Of a stretch of DNA of 15,450 nucleotides, positions 6,063 to 15,233 are shown in pieces. Under the pieces are notes generated by a model that was given only the letters and a program-made list of their open reading frames with translations, was not told the DNA's origin and searched no databases. Position numbers and translations under genes: made by a program. The first letter of the stretch is position 1; every line of letters begins with the position of its first letter. Location of the stretch: the IMG/VR virus record IMGVR_UViG_2713897054_000018, positions 1 to 15,450 of that record. The stretch is one strand, 5' to 3'. This DNA comes from a virus (taxonomy: Duplodnaviria; Heunggongvirae; Uroviricota; Caudoviricetes).

Positions 6063-7957
6063 CCGGCACACACAGAGCCGGTGGCGTGAGCTGGCGTGCC
6101 GGTGACCTTGTGGTGCCACTGTATGACGACAGCGGCGAACTGGTTAACCTTCAGTTAATCAGTGCTGACGGCCGTAAGCGCACCCTGAAAGGCGGGCAGG
6201 TCAGGGGCACCTGTCACATCCTTGAAGGACAGAATCAGGCCGGAAAACGTCTGTGGATAGCGGAGGGATACGCGACCGCACTTACCGTGCATCACCTGAC
6301 CGGTGAAACGGTGATGGTGGCGCTTTCTTCCGTGAACCTCCTTTCTCTGGCCAGCCTTGCCCGGCAGAAGCATCCGGCCTGTCAGATTGTCCTTGCCGCA
6401 GACCGTGACCTCAGCGGTGACGGCCAGAAAAAAGCCGCCGCAGCCGCAGATGCGTGTGAAGGTGTTGTTGCCCTGCCGCCGGTCTTCGGTGACTGGAATG
6501 ATGCCTTCACGCAGTACGGCGGGGAAGCCACCCGTAAGGCCATTTATGATGCCATCCGGCCACCGGCTGAAAGCCCGTTCGACACCATGAGCGAAGCGGA
6601 GTTTTCCGCCATGAGTACCAGCGAAAAGGCCATGCGTATCTATGAGCATTACGGCGAGGCGCTCGCGGTTGATGCCAACGGCCAGCTTCTGTCCCGTTAT
6701 GAAAATGGTGTCTGGAAGGTGCTGCCACCACAGGACTTTGCCCGGGATGTGGCCGGGCTGTTTCAGCGGCTGCGCGCGCCGTTCTCCTCCGGGAAGGTGG
6801 CCTCCGTGGTGGACACCCTGAAGCTGATTATTCCGCAGCAGGAAGCCCCCTCCCGCCGCCTGATTGGCTTTCGTAACGGCGTGCTCGACACGCAGAACGG
6901 CACGTTCCACCCGCACAGTCCGTCACACTGGATGCGCACCCTGTGCGATGTGGATTTCACCCCGCCGGTGGAAGGGGAAACGCTGGAAACCCACGCCCCC
7001 GCGTTCTGGCGCTGGCTTGACCGTGCCGCCGGTGGCCGTGCGGAAAAACGCGACGTGATTCTGGCCGCACTGTTTATGGTGCTGGCAAACCGCTACGACT
7101 GGCAGCTCTTTCTGGAGGTGACCGGTCCCGGCGGCAGCGGCAAAAGTATCATGGCCGAAATAGCCACCCTGCTGGCCGGGGAGGATAACGCCACGTCGGC
7201 CACCATTGAGACGCTGGAATCCCCGCGTGAACGTGCCGCGTTAACTGGCTTCTCACTGATACGCCTGCCGGACCAGGAAAAATGGAGCGGCGACGGAGCC
7301 GGACTCAAGGCCATCACCGGCGGCGATGCAGTGTCCGTTGACCCGAAATACCGGGATGCGTACTCCACGCACATCCCGGCGGTGATTCTGGCCGTGAACA
7401 ATAACCCGATGCGCTTCACCGACCGCAGCGGCGGCGTGTCACGCCGGCGGGTGATTATTCACTTCCCGGAACAGATAGCCCCGCAGGAGCGCGACCCGCA
7501 GCTTAAGGACAAAATCACCCGCGAGCTGGCGGTCATCGTGCGTCACCTGATGCAGAAGTTCAGCGACCCGATGCTCGCCCGGTCACTGCTTCAGTCCCAG
7601 CAGAACTCAGACGAGGCGCTGAACATCAAACGGGATGCCGACCCGACGTTTGATTTTATCGGCTATCTGGAAACCCTGCCGCAGACCAGCGGCATGTATA
7701 TGGGGAACGCCAGTATCATCCCGCGTAATTACCGTAAATACCTCTATCACGCCTATCTGGCCTACATGGAGGCAAACGGCTACCGGAATGTACTCAGTCT
7801 GAAAATGTTCGGGCTGGGGCTGCCGGTGATGCTGAAGGAATACGGACTGAATTACGAGAAGCGCCATACCAAACAGGGGATACAGACCAACCTGACGCTG
7901 AAAGAGGAAAGCTACGGCGACTGGCTGCCAAAATGTGACGACCCTGCAACAGCCTGA
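6056..7957 (+). CDS. alpha: Alpha primase-helicase, C-terminal part (TOPRIM-like primase core plus helicase with Walker A GPGGSGKS)
   Basis: 633-aa ORF. Its frame is open back to 6014 and overlaps the N-terminal fragment. Walker A motif VTGPGGSGKS is present. It is followed directly by the crr iteron repeats. Confidence 0.8.
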   Translation: MLTGTHRAGGVSWRAGDLVVPLYDDSGELVNLQLISADGRKRTLKGGQVRGTCHILEGQNQAGKRLWIAEGYATALTVHHLTGETVMVALSSVNLLSLASLARQKHPACQIVLAADRDLSGDGQKKAAAAADACEGVVALPPVFGDWNDAFTQYGGEATRKAIYDAIRPPAESPFDTMSEAEFSAMSTSEKAMRIYEHYGEALAVDANGQLLSRYENGVWKVLPPQDFARDVAGLFQRLRAPFSSGKVASVVDTLKLIIPQQEAPSRRLIGFRNGVLDTQNGTFHPHSPSHWMRTLCDVDFTPPVEGETLETHAPAFWRWLDRAAGGRAEKRDVILAALFMVLANRYDWQLFLEVTGPGGSGKSIMAEIATLLAGEDNATSATIETLESPRERAALTGFSLIRLPDQEKWSGDGAGLKAITGGDAVSVDPKYRDAYSTHIPAVILAVNNNPMRFTDRSGGVSRRRVIIHFPEQIAPQERDPQLKDKITRELAVIVRHLMQKFSDPMLARSLLQSQQNSDEALNIKRDADPTFDFIGYLETLPQTSGMYMGNASIIPRNYRKYLYHAYLAYMEANGYRNVLSLKMFGLGLPVMLKEYGLNYEKRHTKQGIQTNLTLKEESYGDWLPKCDDPATA

Positions 7958-8008
7958 CCCACCTGACCGGCATCTGCCGGTCTTTTTTTTATCCCGACAT
8001 CCCCCGAA

Positions 8009-8275
8009 GGTGAACAATCCACTGTTCACCCTTCACCGTATATTCACCCGTTATCACACTGAAATTAAAAGAGAAAAACGAAAGGTGAACAGTGTAATCA
8101 AATCAAAAAAACTTTTTTTCTCCCTGTGTGATTTCAGTACGGGGGATTAATCACCGGTATGAGTCACACCGGCAGAATGCCGGAGGTGAAGAATCGAATG
8201 TTCACCCTTCACCCATTATTCACCACCTATCACTCTGAAATAAAAGGAGAAAAAAGAAAGGTGAACAGTGTGAAC
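8009..8275. repeat. crr-like cis replication region: two direct repeats of about 85-120 bp, each carrying TGTTCACC iterons
   Basis: Repeat unit 1 at about 8020-8105 and unit 2 at about 8194-8280 (CCACTGTTCACCCTTCACCG...GAAAGGTGAACAGTG in both). Exact octamers at 8009-8016 and 8083-8090 (both inverted), 8023-8030, 8199-8206 and 8259-8266 (inverted), plus degenerate copies. About 4.8 kb from the ori-like cluster. Confidence 0.7.
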
Positions 8276-8319
8276 AGTTCTTTCGAAAAAAAATTTTTTA
8301 TGTGGATAAAAGATGCACT

Positions 8320-8346
8320 GGTTTGGATCCGAGCTACGGATCCAAA
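8320..8346. repeat. Perfect 11-bp inverted repeat with 5-nt loop (GTTTGGATCCG agcta CGGATCCAAAC)
   Basis: Read directly from the sequence. It sits in the AT-rich stretch between crr and the att-like core. It could be a protein binding site or an RNA hairpin. Confidence 0.4.
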
Positions 8347-8492
8347 CTTACTGATTAAAAATGATTTAACTTTCCGATTTATTGATGGGCTGAAAATAGA
8401 TTGGTCAGAAAAACAGTGGGGGCACAAAAGGGGGCATATTTCATTGTTGTATTTTATTATTTGTTTTTTATCATTAACTTATTTTGATGTTT

Positions 8493-8513
8493 GAGTCCGG
8501 CCTTCGCACCACA
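8493..8513 (+). other. att-like core: fragment resembling the 3' end of a tRNA-Leu (leuX-like) gene; probable right boundary of the satellite
   Basis: GAGTCCGGCCTTCGCACCA resembles the T-arm and acceptor 3' end of E. coli leuX as I recall it (GAGTCCGGCCTTCGGCACCA), differing by one base. There is no intact T-stem or anticodon arm upstream, so it is a fragment. A strong terminator follows, and composition changes on both sides. Confidence 0.45.
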
Positions 8514-8526
8514 CCGTATGCAAATC

Positions 8527-8551
8527 GAGCCGCTCAAGAGCGGCTTTTTTT
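8527..8551 (+). terminator. Rho-independent terminator (probably the original tRNA terminator)
   Basis: AGCCGCTC-AA-GAGCGGCT perfect hairpin followed by a run of 7 T. Confidence 0.6.
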
Positions 8552-8735
8552 GTGTCTGAAATCCGTTAGTTACCTATCTTTCTCGCTATTTTAACTCTCT
8601 CAGGGCTAACCAATTCCAACCCATCGCAAACGAAAAATGTTGGTACAGGCGTTGGTATTATCGGTTCGATATTAATTTGTATTAGCTCAGTCCTGATCTG
8701 ACAGCTATCTGCCAGATCAGGTTCGGATTAATACA

Positions 8736-11700
8736 TTATATCTGCCCGCCTACACCTTTAAACTTCTCAATAAACGCGACGATCTTCTGGAAAACCGTCT
8801 GTTTTTTCGTCTTATATTGCGGATTTAACGGACTGAGTTTTGGCAATGTCTCGTTTAATTCCGTGCCATTTTCGGTGGCGTATTCGCGTTTTAAAGACGT
8901 GCGAATATAGCGTTTCGCCGCCTCTTCATTGAGATTTTCTTCTTTGATCAAGGCTTCTGCTTCACGTTGCTGTTCGCGTTGAGCAAAGGTAAAAAACGCG
9001 TCAATGATGCTGGCTTTATCCGGCAAATCATCCAGGTTCGTTTGCTGAATAAAATCGACCACCAGACCTTCTTTGGCACGGTTCCCAAGGCTTGAACGAA
9101 TTAAGCGTTTGACCTCTTCGGTCATTTCGCCCTTACCTTTGTTTTGTCTGTTGTGTTCGAAAATCAGTCCAAGGATATAATCCAGGTTTATTTCCTGAGA
9201 CTTCAGCAAATCGATTTCAAAAACCACGTCATCCCAGTCAGTAGTTAACTTTTCTTTTTTGCCAGCCTCTTTCTCGCGGCGCTGCCAGTCACGAATATCG
9301 TTATAGGCAGAACGATAATCCTGAATCTTGCGTTCAGCAGGGAGACGAATCGTTTGTAATTCAGCGAACTTTTCATCATCCACATAATGTTCTTCTTTGA
9401 ATTTTTCTACCGCAACAGGATCGCTAAGATCGATTTGTTGCAGGGCTTTCAGCGTGGCAAATTCATCATAGTTTTGCAGGATGTTCTCGGCACGCAGGTA
9501 TTCACCAAACAGTTTAACGAAGTCTTTCTTCTCTTTTTCACTTTCAATACTGGCAGGGTCAGGGAACCGTTGTTCCAGTTCTGAAACTACTGCCATAAAG
9601 CCGCGTTTAGCTTCACCAGTGGCAGCATCAGTAAAGCCTTCCATATACTCTGCATAACTCTTTTCTAACACTACATTTTTGGTATTTTTATCACCAAACA
9701 GCGTTATGGCATCAATGGTTGAGCGTTCCAGATCCCGGAAAGTGACGATGTTACCGAAGGTTTTAGTGGCGTTATAAATGCGGTTGGTGCGGGAGAATGC
9801 CTGCATCAGGCCGTGAAAACGCAAGTTTTTATCGACGAATAGCGTGTTCAATGTTGGAGCGTCGAAGCCGGTTAAAAACATCCCAACGACAATTAACAGA
9901 TCGATATCCTGATTTTTAACCCGTTGGGCTAAATCACGATAGTAGTTCTGAAAACCGTTACTGTCGGTGCTGAAGTTAGTTTTAAAATAGCTGTTATACT
10001 CACGAATTGCAGCGTCAAGAAACTCTTTAGCACTGCTGTCCATTGCGCTGGTATCAAAAGTTTCATCGGAAATTTCACCAATGGCATTTTGTTCTTCATT
10101 GGCGGCAAAGGAGAAGATTGTCGCAACACGCAGCGGTTTATAGGTAGCCGATTTATTAGCTGCTTCCTCTTGTAACCGTTTAAACGTCGCGTAATAGGCT
10201 TTCGCGGCATCCACGCTACTCACTGCCAGCATGGCATTAAAGCCTTTGGAACCTGGGAAAGTACGGTGGGTCTTCTGGCGGAAGTTATTCAGAATATATT
10301 GCGTAATTTCCTGTATACGCATGGGATGAAGAAACGCCTGCTGATTTTCAGCCGCACTCAGTTTTTTCTCGTCGGTTTCTGTCTCTAAAGACTTAAACTG
10401 TGGCCGCACATCGTTGTAGTCCACCTTGAATTTAAGCACTTTTTCATCTCGAATCGCATCGGTAATAACATATGAATGCAATTCACGACCAAATACACTG
10501 GCGGTCGTTTCTGAACCTAAAGCGTTTTCCGGGAAAATAGGGGTACCGGTAAAACCAAACTGATAATAGCGTTTGAATTTCTTCTTCAGGTTTTTCTGCG
10601 CTTCTCCAAACTGGCTGCGGTGGCATTCATCAAATATAAACACCACTTGCTGATTGTATACAGGCAGGTCGCTTTCTGCTTTCATCAGGTTATTAAGTTT
10701 CTGAATAGTGGTGACGATAATTTTGTTATCGTCCTTATCCAGATTTCGTTTAAGACCTGCTGTATTTTCCGAGCCGTTAACACTATCTGGCGAAAAACGC
10801 TGATATTCCTTCATGGTCTGGTAATCGAGATCTTTCCTGTCGACCACAAAGAAAACTTTATCAATAAAGTCCAGTTCTGTTGCCAGACGTGCGGCTTTAA
10901 AGCTGGTCAGTGTTTTACCAGAACCGGTTGTGTGCCAGATAAAGCCACCGCTTTCGGGGGTAGACCAGTTTTTCGCTTTATAGGAGCTGTTGATTTTCCA
11001 TAAGATACGCTCAGTGGCGGCAATCTGGTACGGTCGCATCACTAGTAGCGTTTGGCTAATATCGAACACGCTGTAGTTCACTAAGACATTAAGCAGAGTA
11101 TGTTTCTGGAAAAAGGTAGCGGTAAAGTCTTTGAGGTCTTTAATCAGCGTGTTGTCTGATTTCGCCCAGTTCATGGTGAAGTCAAAACTGTTTTTATCGC
11201 GCTTTGTGGTGTTGGCAAAGTAACGGGTATCGGTGCCGTTAGAAATGACAAACAGTTGCAGATACTTAAACAGGGAATTTTCGCTGTTAAAACTCTCTTT
11301 ACTGTAACGATGTATCTGGTTGAAAGCCTCACGAATCGCCACGCCGCGCTTTTTCAGTTCGATTTGTACCAGTGGTAAGCCATTAACCAGGATCGTGACG
11401 TCATAACGGTTAGCATGAGAACCCGCCTGTTCAAACTGCTGGATAATCTGCACCTTATTGCGCATGAGATTCTTTTTATCTATCAAATAGATGTTCTCAA
11501 GACGCTCGTCATCAAAAATAAAGTCGCAAATATAGTCGATATGGATTTTACGGGTCTTATCCAGAATGCCATCACTCGGGTTGTCCAGATATTGCTCCGT
11601 GAAACGCCGCCACTCGCTGTCATTAAATACCACACCATTGAGGCTCTGAAGCTGTTCCCGAACATTGGACAGCATCGCCAACTGTGATTTTACCGAAATA

Positions 11701-11852
11701 AATTCATAGCCCTGATTCCGCAGGTCCTGAATCAGTTCCCGTTCCAGGTCCGATTCGCTCTGGTAGCTGTCGCCTGTTTGCTCAGCTTTGATGTACTTAT
11801 CAAGGACGATAAAGTTATTGGATTCAGCAATGGTGTGTGTCTGATGAGTCAT
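8736..11852 (-). CDS. hsdR: Type I restriction enzyme R subunit (HsdR), type IC-like
   Basis: 1038-aa ORF, the same length as EcoR124I HsdR. N-terminal PD-(D/E)xK-like nuclease motif (D...IELKK), SF2 helicase motif I (HTTGSGKT) and motif II (DECHRSQ). Order hsdM-hsdS-hsdR with a 121-bp gap before hsdR is typical of the IC family. Confidence 0.9.
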   Translation of the reverse strand: MTHQTHTIAESNNFIVLDKYIKAEQTGDSYQSESDLERELIQDLRNQGYEFISVKSQLAMLSNVREQLQSLNGVVFNDSEWRRFTEQYLDNPSDGILDKTRKIHIDYICDFIFDDERLENIYLIDKKNLMRNKVQIIQQFEQAGSHANRYDVTILVNGLPLVQIELKKRGVAIREAFNQIHRYSKESFNSENSLFKYLQLFVISNGTDTRYFANTTKRDKNSFDFTMNWAKSDNTLIKDLKDFTATFFQKHTLLNVLVNYSVFDISQTLLVMRPYQIAATERILWKINSSYKAKNWSTPESGGFIWHTTGSGKTLTSFKAARLATELDFIDKVFFVVDRKDLDYQTMKEYQRFSPDSVNGSENTAGLKRNLDKDDNKIIVTTIQKLNNLMKAESDLPVYNQQVVFIFDECHRSQFGEAQKNLKKKFKRYYQFGFTGTPIFPENALGSETTASVFGRELHSYVITDAIRDEKVLKFKVDYNDVRPQFKSLETETDEKKLSAAENQQAFLHPMRIQEITQYILNNFRQKTHRTFPGSKGFNAMLAVSSVDAAKAYYATFKRLQEEAANKSATYKPLRVATIFSFAANEEQNAIGEISDETFDTSAMDSSAKEFLDAAIREYNSYFKTNFSTDSNGFQNYYRDLAQRVKNQDIDLLIVVGMFLTGFDAPTLNTLFVDKNLRFHGLMQAFSRTNRIYNATKTFGNIVTFRDLERSTIDAITLFGDKNTKNVVLEKSYAEYMEGFTDAATGEAKRGFMAVVSELEQRFPDPASIESEKEKKDFVKLFGEYLRAENILQNYDEFATLKALQQIDLSDPVAVEKFKEEHYVDDEKFAELQTIRLPAERKIQDYRSAYNDIRDWQRREKEAGKKEKLTTDWDDVVFEIDLLKSQEINLDYILGLIFEHNRQNKGKGEMTEEVKRLIRSSLGNRAKEGLVVDFIQQTNLDDLPDKASIIDAFFTFAQREQQREAEALIKEENLNEEAAKRYIRTSLKREYATENGTELNETLPKLSPLNPQYKTKKQTVFQKIVAFIEKFKGVGGQI

Positions 11853-11973
11853 AGCGCATCCTTTGTGCCGCCTGGCAAGGGCCGGAAGGGCGTTAAGAGT
11901 GACTTCCGGCGCGTAAAAAATAGTCTATATACAGACCGGGTGTTAAGGTGGCCCGGTCGGTAGCAATGGTCAA

Positions 11974-13205
11974 TTAATTACTGACAGTTTCAGGTTTCGG
12001 GAAACTGAACAGTAAATCACGATAGTACTCGTATTGTTTCTGGCGCAACTCGATTTCACGCGGAAGGCCTTCGGTGATGGAGTTTGTCAGGGTGTCGAAT
12101 TTATCGAGAATAGATACTATACGTTCCTGTATCTCCATAGAAGGGACTGGAATTAATATCTTAGATAAATTATCAGCATTTACACGTCGAACTTTTGCGC
12201 CAGTAATATACTGTCTTTTTTGATTTTGGAATTGTTCTGTTTGAAAAAAATATGAGACATACTTAGGGTTTAAATTATGTTTGTAAATACAGGCATCACT
12301 GCTTACTGCTATATCTTCACTGCCTAACCATGCAACAGCTTTACATACATCCTCATCATTCTCACTAGTAGTTGCGATAATCAAATCTCCCTTTTGAGCT
12401 TCTTGCATTTTTTTGCAAGTGCGGTTGAAATATATGTTTTTGTTTTTTCTGTATATGTTCCGTAATACGTATAGATTTGACCATAGTGTATGCACCCTAC
12501 ACCTGCATCTATAAAGTCTTTTTTCTGAAAAGTACCACCCCGGATAAACTCGCCAATATCTTTTTGCCCCATAGGTAAATGTGGAACATCTTCGGTATTA
12601 AAACTAAACAACTGGTCGCGATAGTAGTTGTACTGTTTTTTACGCATGTTAAGCTCAGCGGTAAGCTCAGCGGTAAGTGCAGTAAACTTATCCAGAATCC
12701 GAACAATTTCAGACTGGATGGCAAGGGATTTCTCCGGATTATCCGGGCAGGGGATGGGGACTAACCTTTTTTCAATTGTAGTTTTGCTGATGTGCATCAT
12801 AGTAGAACCAGTGCTATGTGCATCTTTAAGTGCTTTAGTATCCCATTGTAACAAGTAATATAGAAACTGTTTACAAATAAGATTCGAATCTGGAACCACT
12901 TTCCATATGTGATAATGGTAAATAGATTTACCCCCATGCCAAATTCTTGGACCAAATGATGCGGACCAAGCATATAAAAGGTCACCGTTATCACAATACT
13001 TGTCTTGATCTAATTCTAAATCTGAGTAATACCAATTTTGGTTAGTAAAAAAATTACCGACTCTTAATACTGGATATTTGCCTTTGGAAAGCAGTTCTTC
13101 TTGCTTATATGCTCTCCCGTTTATTAAACGACAAACTTTAGCCAATGGCAACCACTCAACTTCAACCCCATCCAGCAATTTTTCCAGATAACTTAACTCG
13201 CTCAT
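11974..13205 (-). pseudogene. hsdS: Type I specificity subunit (HsdS), type IC family with two TAEL repeats; reading frame broken into 274- and 173-codon ORFs
   Basis: The N-terminal ORF (12381..13205) begins [21 protein letters not shown] and carries the central conserved region with LTAELTAEL. The C-terminal ORF (11974..12495) ends in the conserved ...LPREIELRQKQYEYYRDLLFSFPKPETVSN. The two overlap in different frames at a homopolymer tract (+ strand T7 at 12409-12415). The start overlaps the hsdM stop. Confidence 0.75.
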
Positions 13206-14758
13206 TTCTGCACCTCGTAGCCTTCAATTTCAGCCACAATCGCATCAATATCTTTGCGCAATTGGTCGATTTTGCTGACCGTGGTTTTCAGCTCTGCATT
13301 CAACTCAGCGATATCGATAATTTCGCGAGTATCTTTCGCTTCCACATAGCTGCTCACCGACAGGTTATAGTCATTCGCGACAACGGTCTCAAACGCGACA
13401 GATTTCGCCAGATGAGCAACATCTTCCTTGCTGGCAAATACCTGCATAATCTGTTCGATATGGGCATCGGTCAGAATGTTGTTGTTAGTCTCTTTTTTGA
13501 ACAGCTCGCTGGCATCAATAAACTGAACGTTGGTATCCGTTTTATGTTTAGACAACACCAGAATATTGACGGCAATGGTGGTGCCAAAGAACAGGTTCGG
13601 TGCGAGTGAAATCACGGTTTCGACATAGTTATTGTCAACCAGATACTGACGGATTTTCTGCTCCGCGCCGCCACGGTAAAAAATGCCCGGGAAGCAGACA
13701 ATCGCAGCACGACCTTTGGCAGAAAGATAGTTCAGCGCATGTAATACAAACGCAAAGTCAGCTTTGGATTTGGGGGCCAGAACGCCAGCCGGGGCAAAAC
13801 GTTCATCGTTAATCAGCGTCGGGTCATCGCTGCCAATCCATTTCACCGAATACGGCGGGTTAGAAACGATGGCATCAAACGGTTTTTCATCTCTGAAGTG
13901 CGGCTCAGTCAGCGTATTGCCCAGCTTGATATCAAACTTGTCGTAGTTGATGTTGTGCAAAAACATGTTCATACGCGCCAGGTTATAGGTCGTATGGTTG
14001 ATTTCCTGACCAAAAAAACCTTCTTCGATGATATGGTCATCAAACTGTTTTTTAGCCTGCAACAACAGCGAACCGGAACCTGCTGCCGGGTCGTAGATTT
14101 TGTTAACGTGGGTCTGGCCGTGCATTGCCAGTTGTGCAATCAGCTTAGAGACGTGCTGCGGTGTAAAGAACTCGCCGCCTGACTTACCAGCATTCGCCGC
14201 ATAGTTAGAAATCAGGAACTCATAGGCATCGCCGAACAGGTCAATCTGATGTTCGTTAAAGTCGCCAAGCTTTAACCCTTCAACCCCTTTCAGAACCGCA
14301 GCCAGGCGGGCATTTTTATCCTTAACGGTGTTACCCAGGCGGTTACTGGTGGTATCGAAATCAGCAAACAAACCTTTGATGTCAGCTTCTGAAGGGTAAC
14401 CGTAAGCAGAACTTTCGATAGCAACGAAGATACTGTTTAAATCTGCATTCAGTCTGTCATTGGTATTTGCTTTCGCAGCTACGTTGCAGAAAAGCTGACT
14501 TGGGTAGATGAAGTAGCCTTTAGTTTTGATGGCATCGTCTTTAATGTCATCAGTAATTACGCTGTCATCCAGTTTCGCATAACAGATACTGTCATCACCG
14601 GCTTCAATATAGCTGGAAAAATTTTCGCTGATAAAACGGTAGAAAAGCGCGCCCAGAACGTATTGCTTAAAGTCCCATCCATCGACCGAACCTCTGACAT
14701 CGTTAGCAATTTGCCAGATTTGGCGATGAAGCTCCGCGCGCTGCTGAAGGCTGGTCAT
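13202..14758 (-). CDS. hsdM: Type I N6-adenine DNA methyltransferase subunit (HsdM)
   Basis: 518-aa ORF with an AAGGA RBS. AdoMet-binding motif [10 protein letters not shown] and catalytic motif NPPY (SNPPYSVKW). It is translationally coupled to hsdS. Confidence 0.9.
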   Translation of the reverse strand: MTSLQQRAELHRQIWQIANDVRGSVDGWDFKQYVLGALFYRFISENFSSYIEAGDDSICYAKLDDSVITDDIKDDAIKTKGYFIYPSQLFCNVAAKANTNDRLNADLNSIFVAIESSAYGYPSEADIKGLFADFDTTSNRLGNTVKDKNARLAAVLKGVEGLKLGDFNEHQIDLFGDAYEFLISNYAANAGKSGGEFFTPQHVSKLIAQLAMHGQTHVNKIYDPAAGSGSLLLQAKKQFDDHIIEEGFFGQEINHTTYNLARMNMFLHNINYDKFDIKLGNTLTEPHFRDEKPFDAIVSNPPYSVKWIGSDDPTLINDERFAPAGVLAPKSKADFAFVLHALNYLSAKGRAAIVCFPGIFYRGGAEQKIRQYLVDNNYVETVISLAPNLFFGTTIAVNILVLSKHKTDTNVQFIDASELFKKETNNNILTDAHIEQIMQVFASKEDVAHLAKSVAFETVVANDYNLSVSSYVEAKDTREIIDIAELNAELKTTVSKIDQLRKDIDAIVAEIEGYEVQK

Positions 14759-15063
14759 TTTTTATCCTTTGAATGTGTTTTTAACGTCGACTTTTGCCGG
14801 GATTTTACCGGAAGTTTTTTGGTTTTTCAGATTTGTATGACGGTGAGGAGGGGATTCAGTACCAGATTGTTAGTGCATCTTATTCAGCATTCACCGTTTG
14901 AGTCAGGAGCTACTTTATATGCCCATCGCCCATCCGTAGGTGATCAGATAATTTATTGCGAGTCACCTTCCCGATTTTCAATCTCATTATTTACCCAATC
15001 TTTCACCAGTGGATAATCCGTTTGCTACTAACGGCGAGTGTATTTTTTTACGGATGAAAGATT

Positions 15064-15233
15064 ATGCAAACAGAAGCTGAAGTCTTAACCGATCATAACG
15101 AACTAATTTGCTCGACCAGTATCGAGCGTATCGTCACAGGACGTGATAGTGCACTGAACCAGATAGCGACGTTAATCCAAAAACTTCATGATATCTCCAG
15201 TCTGACATCCAGTATTGGCGGTGATGTGGCTGC
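15064..15233 (+). CDS. Hypothetical protein, N-terminal about 56 codons only; truncated by the IS3 insertion
   Basis: The ORF track's 62-aa ORF (15064..15252) runs into the IS3 terminal repeat starting at 15234, so its last 6 codons and stop are IS-derived. The RBS is weak. Identity unknown. Confidence 0.3.

Noticed and set aside
8009-8275. Repeated short motifs that could be mistaken for a CRISPR array
   Set aside because: The repeats are 8-bp iterons in both orientations inside two longer direct repeats. There are no regular 28-37 bp repeats with unique spacers and no cas genes. They fit replication-protein binding sites (crr) better.
7935-8494. ORFs 7935..8150 and 8159..8494 (+) from the six-frame track
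   Set aside because: They lie across the crr iteron repeats and the AT-rich att-proximal spacer, have no convincing RBS, and their sequences are dominated by repeat-derived peptides. Probably non-coding.
8480-8520. A complete tRNA gene at the att site
   Set aside because: Only the last about 19 nt resemble a tRNA-Leu 3' end. No T-stem partner, anticodon arm or D-arm can be formed from the upstream sequence. It is a core fragment, not an intact tRNA.
9387-11687. Short ORFs inside hsdR and hsdS-hsdM on the opposite strand (9387..9584, 9929..10210, 10620..11003, 11415..11687, 11483..11665, 12509..12994, 13145..14182)
   Set aside because: All are embedded within the well-supported HsdR, HsdS and HsdM reading frames and lack start signals. 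They are treated as frame noise.
11853-11973. A prrC-like anticodon nuclease gene between hsdS and hsdR
   Set aside because: The gap is only 121 bp and holds two hairpin-forming inverted repeats, not an ORF.
14663-15016. 117-aa ORF upstream of hsdM on the plus strand
   Set aside because: It overlaps the hsdM start and promoter region on the opposite strand and has no RBS. Probably non-coding.
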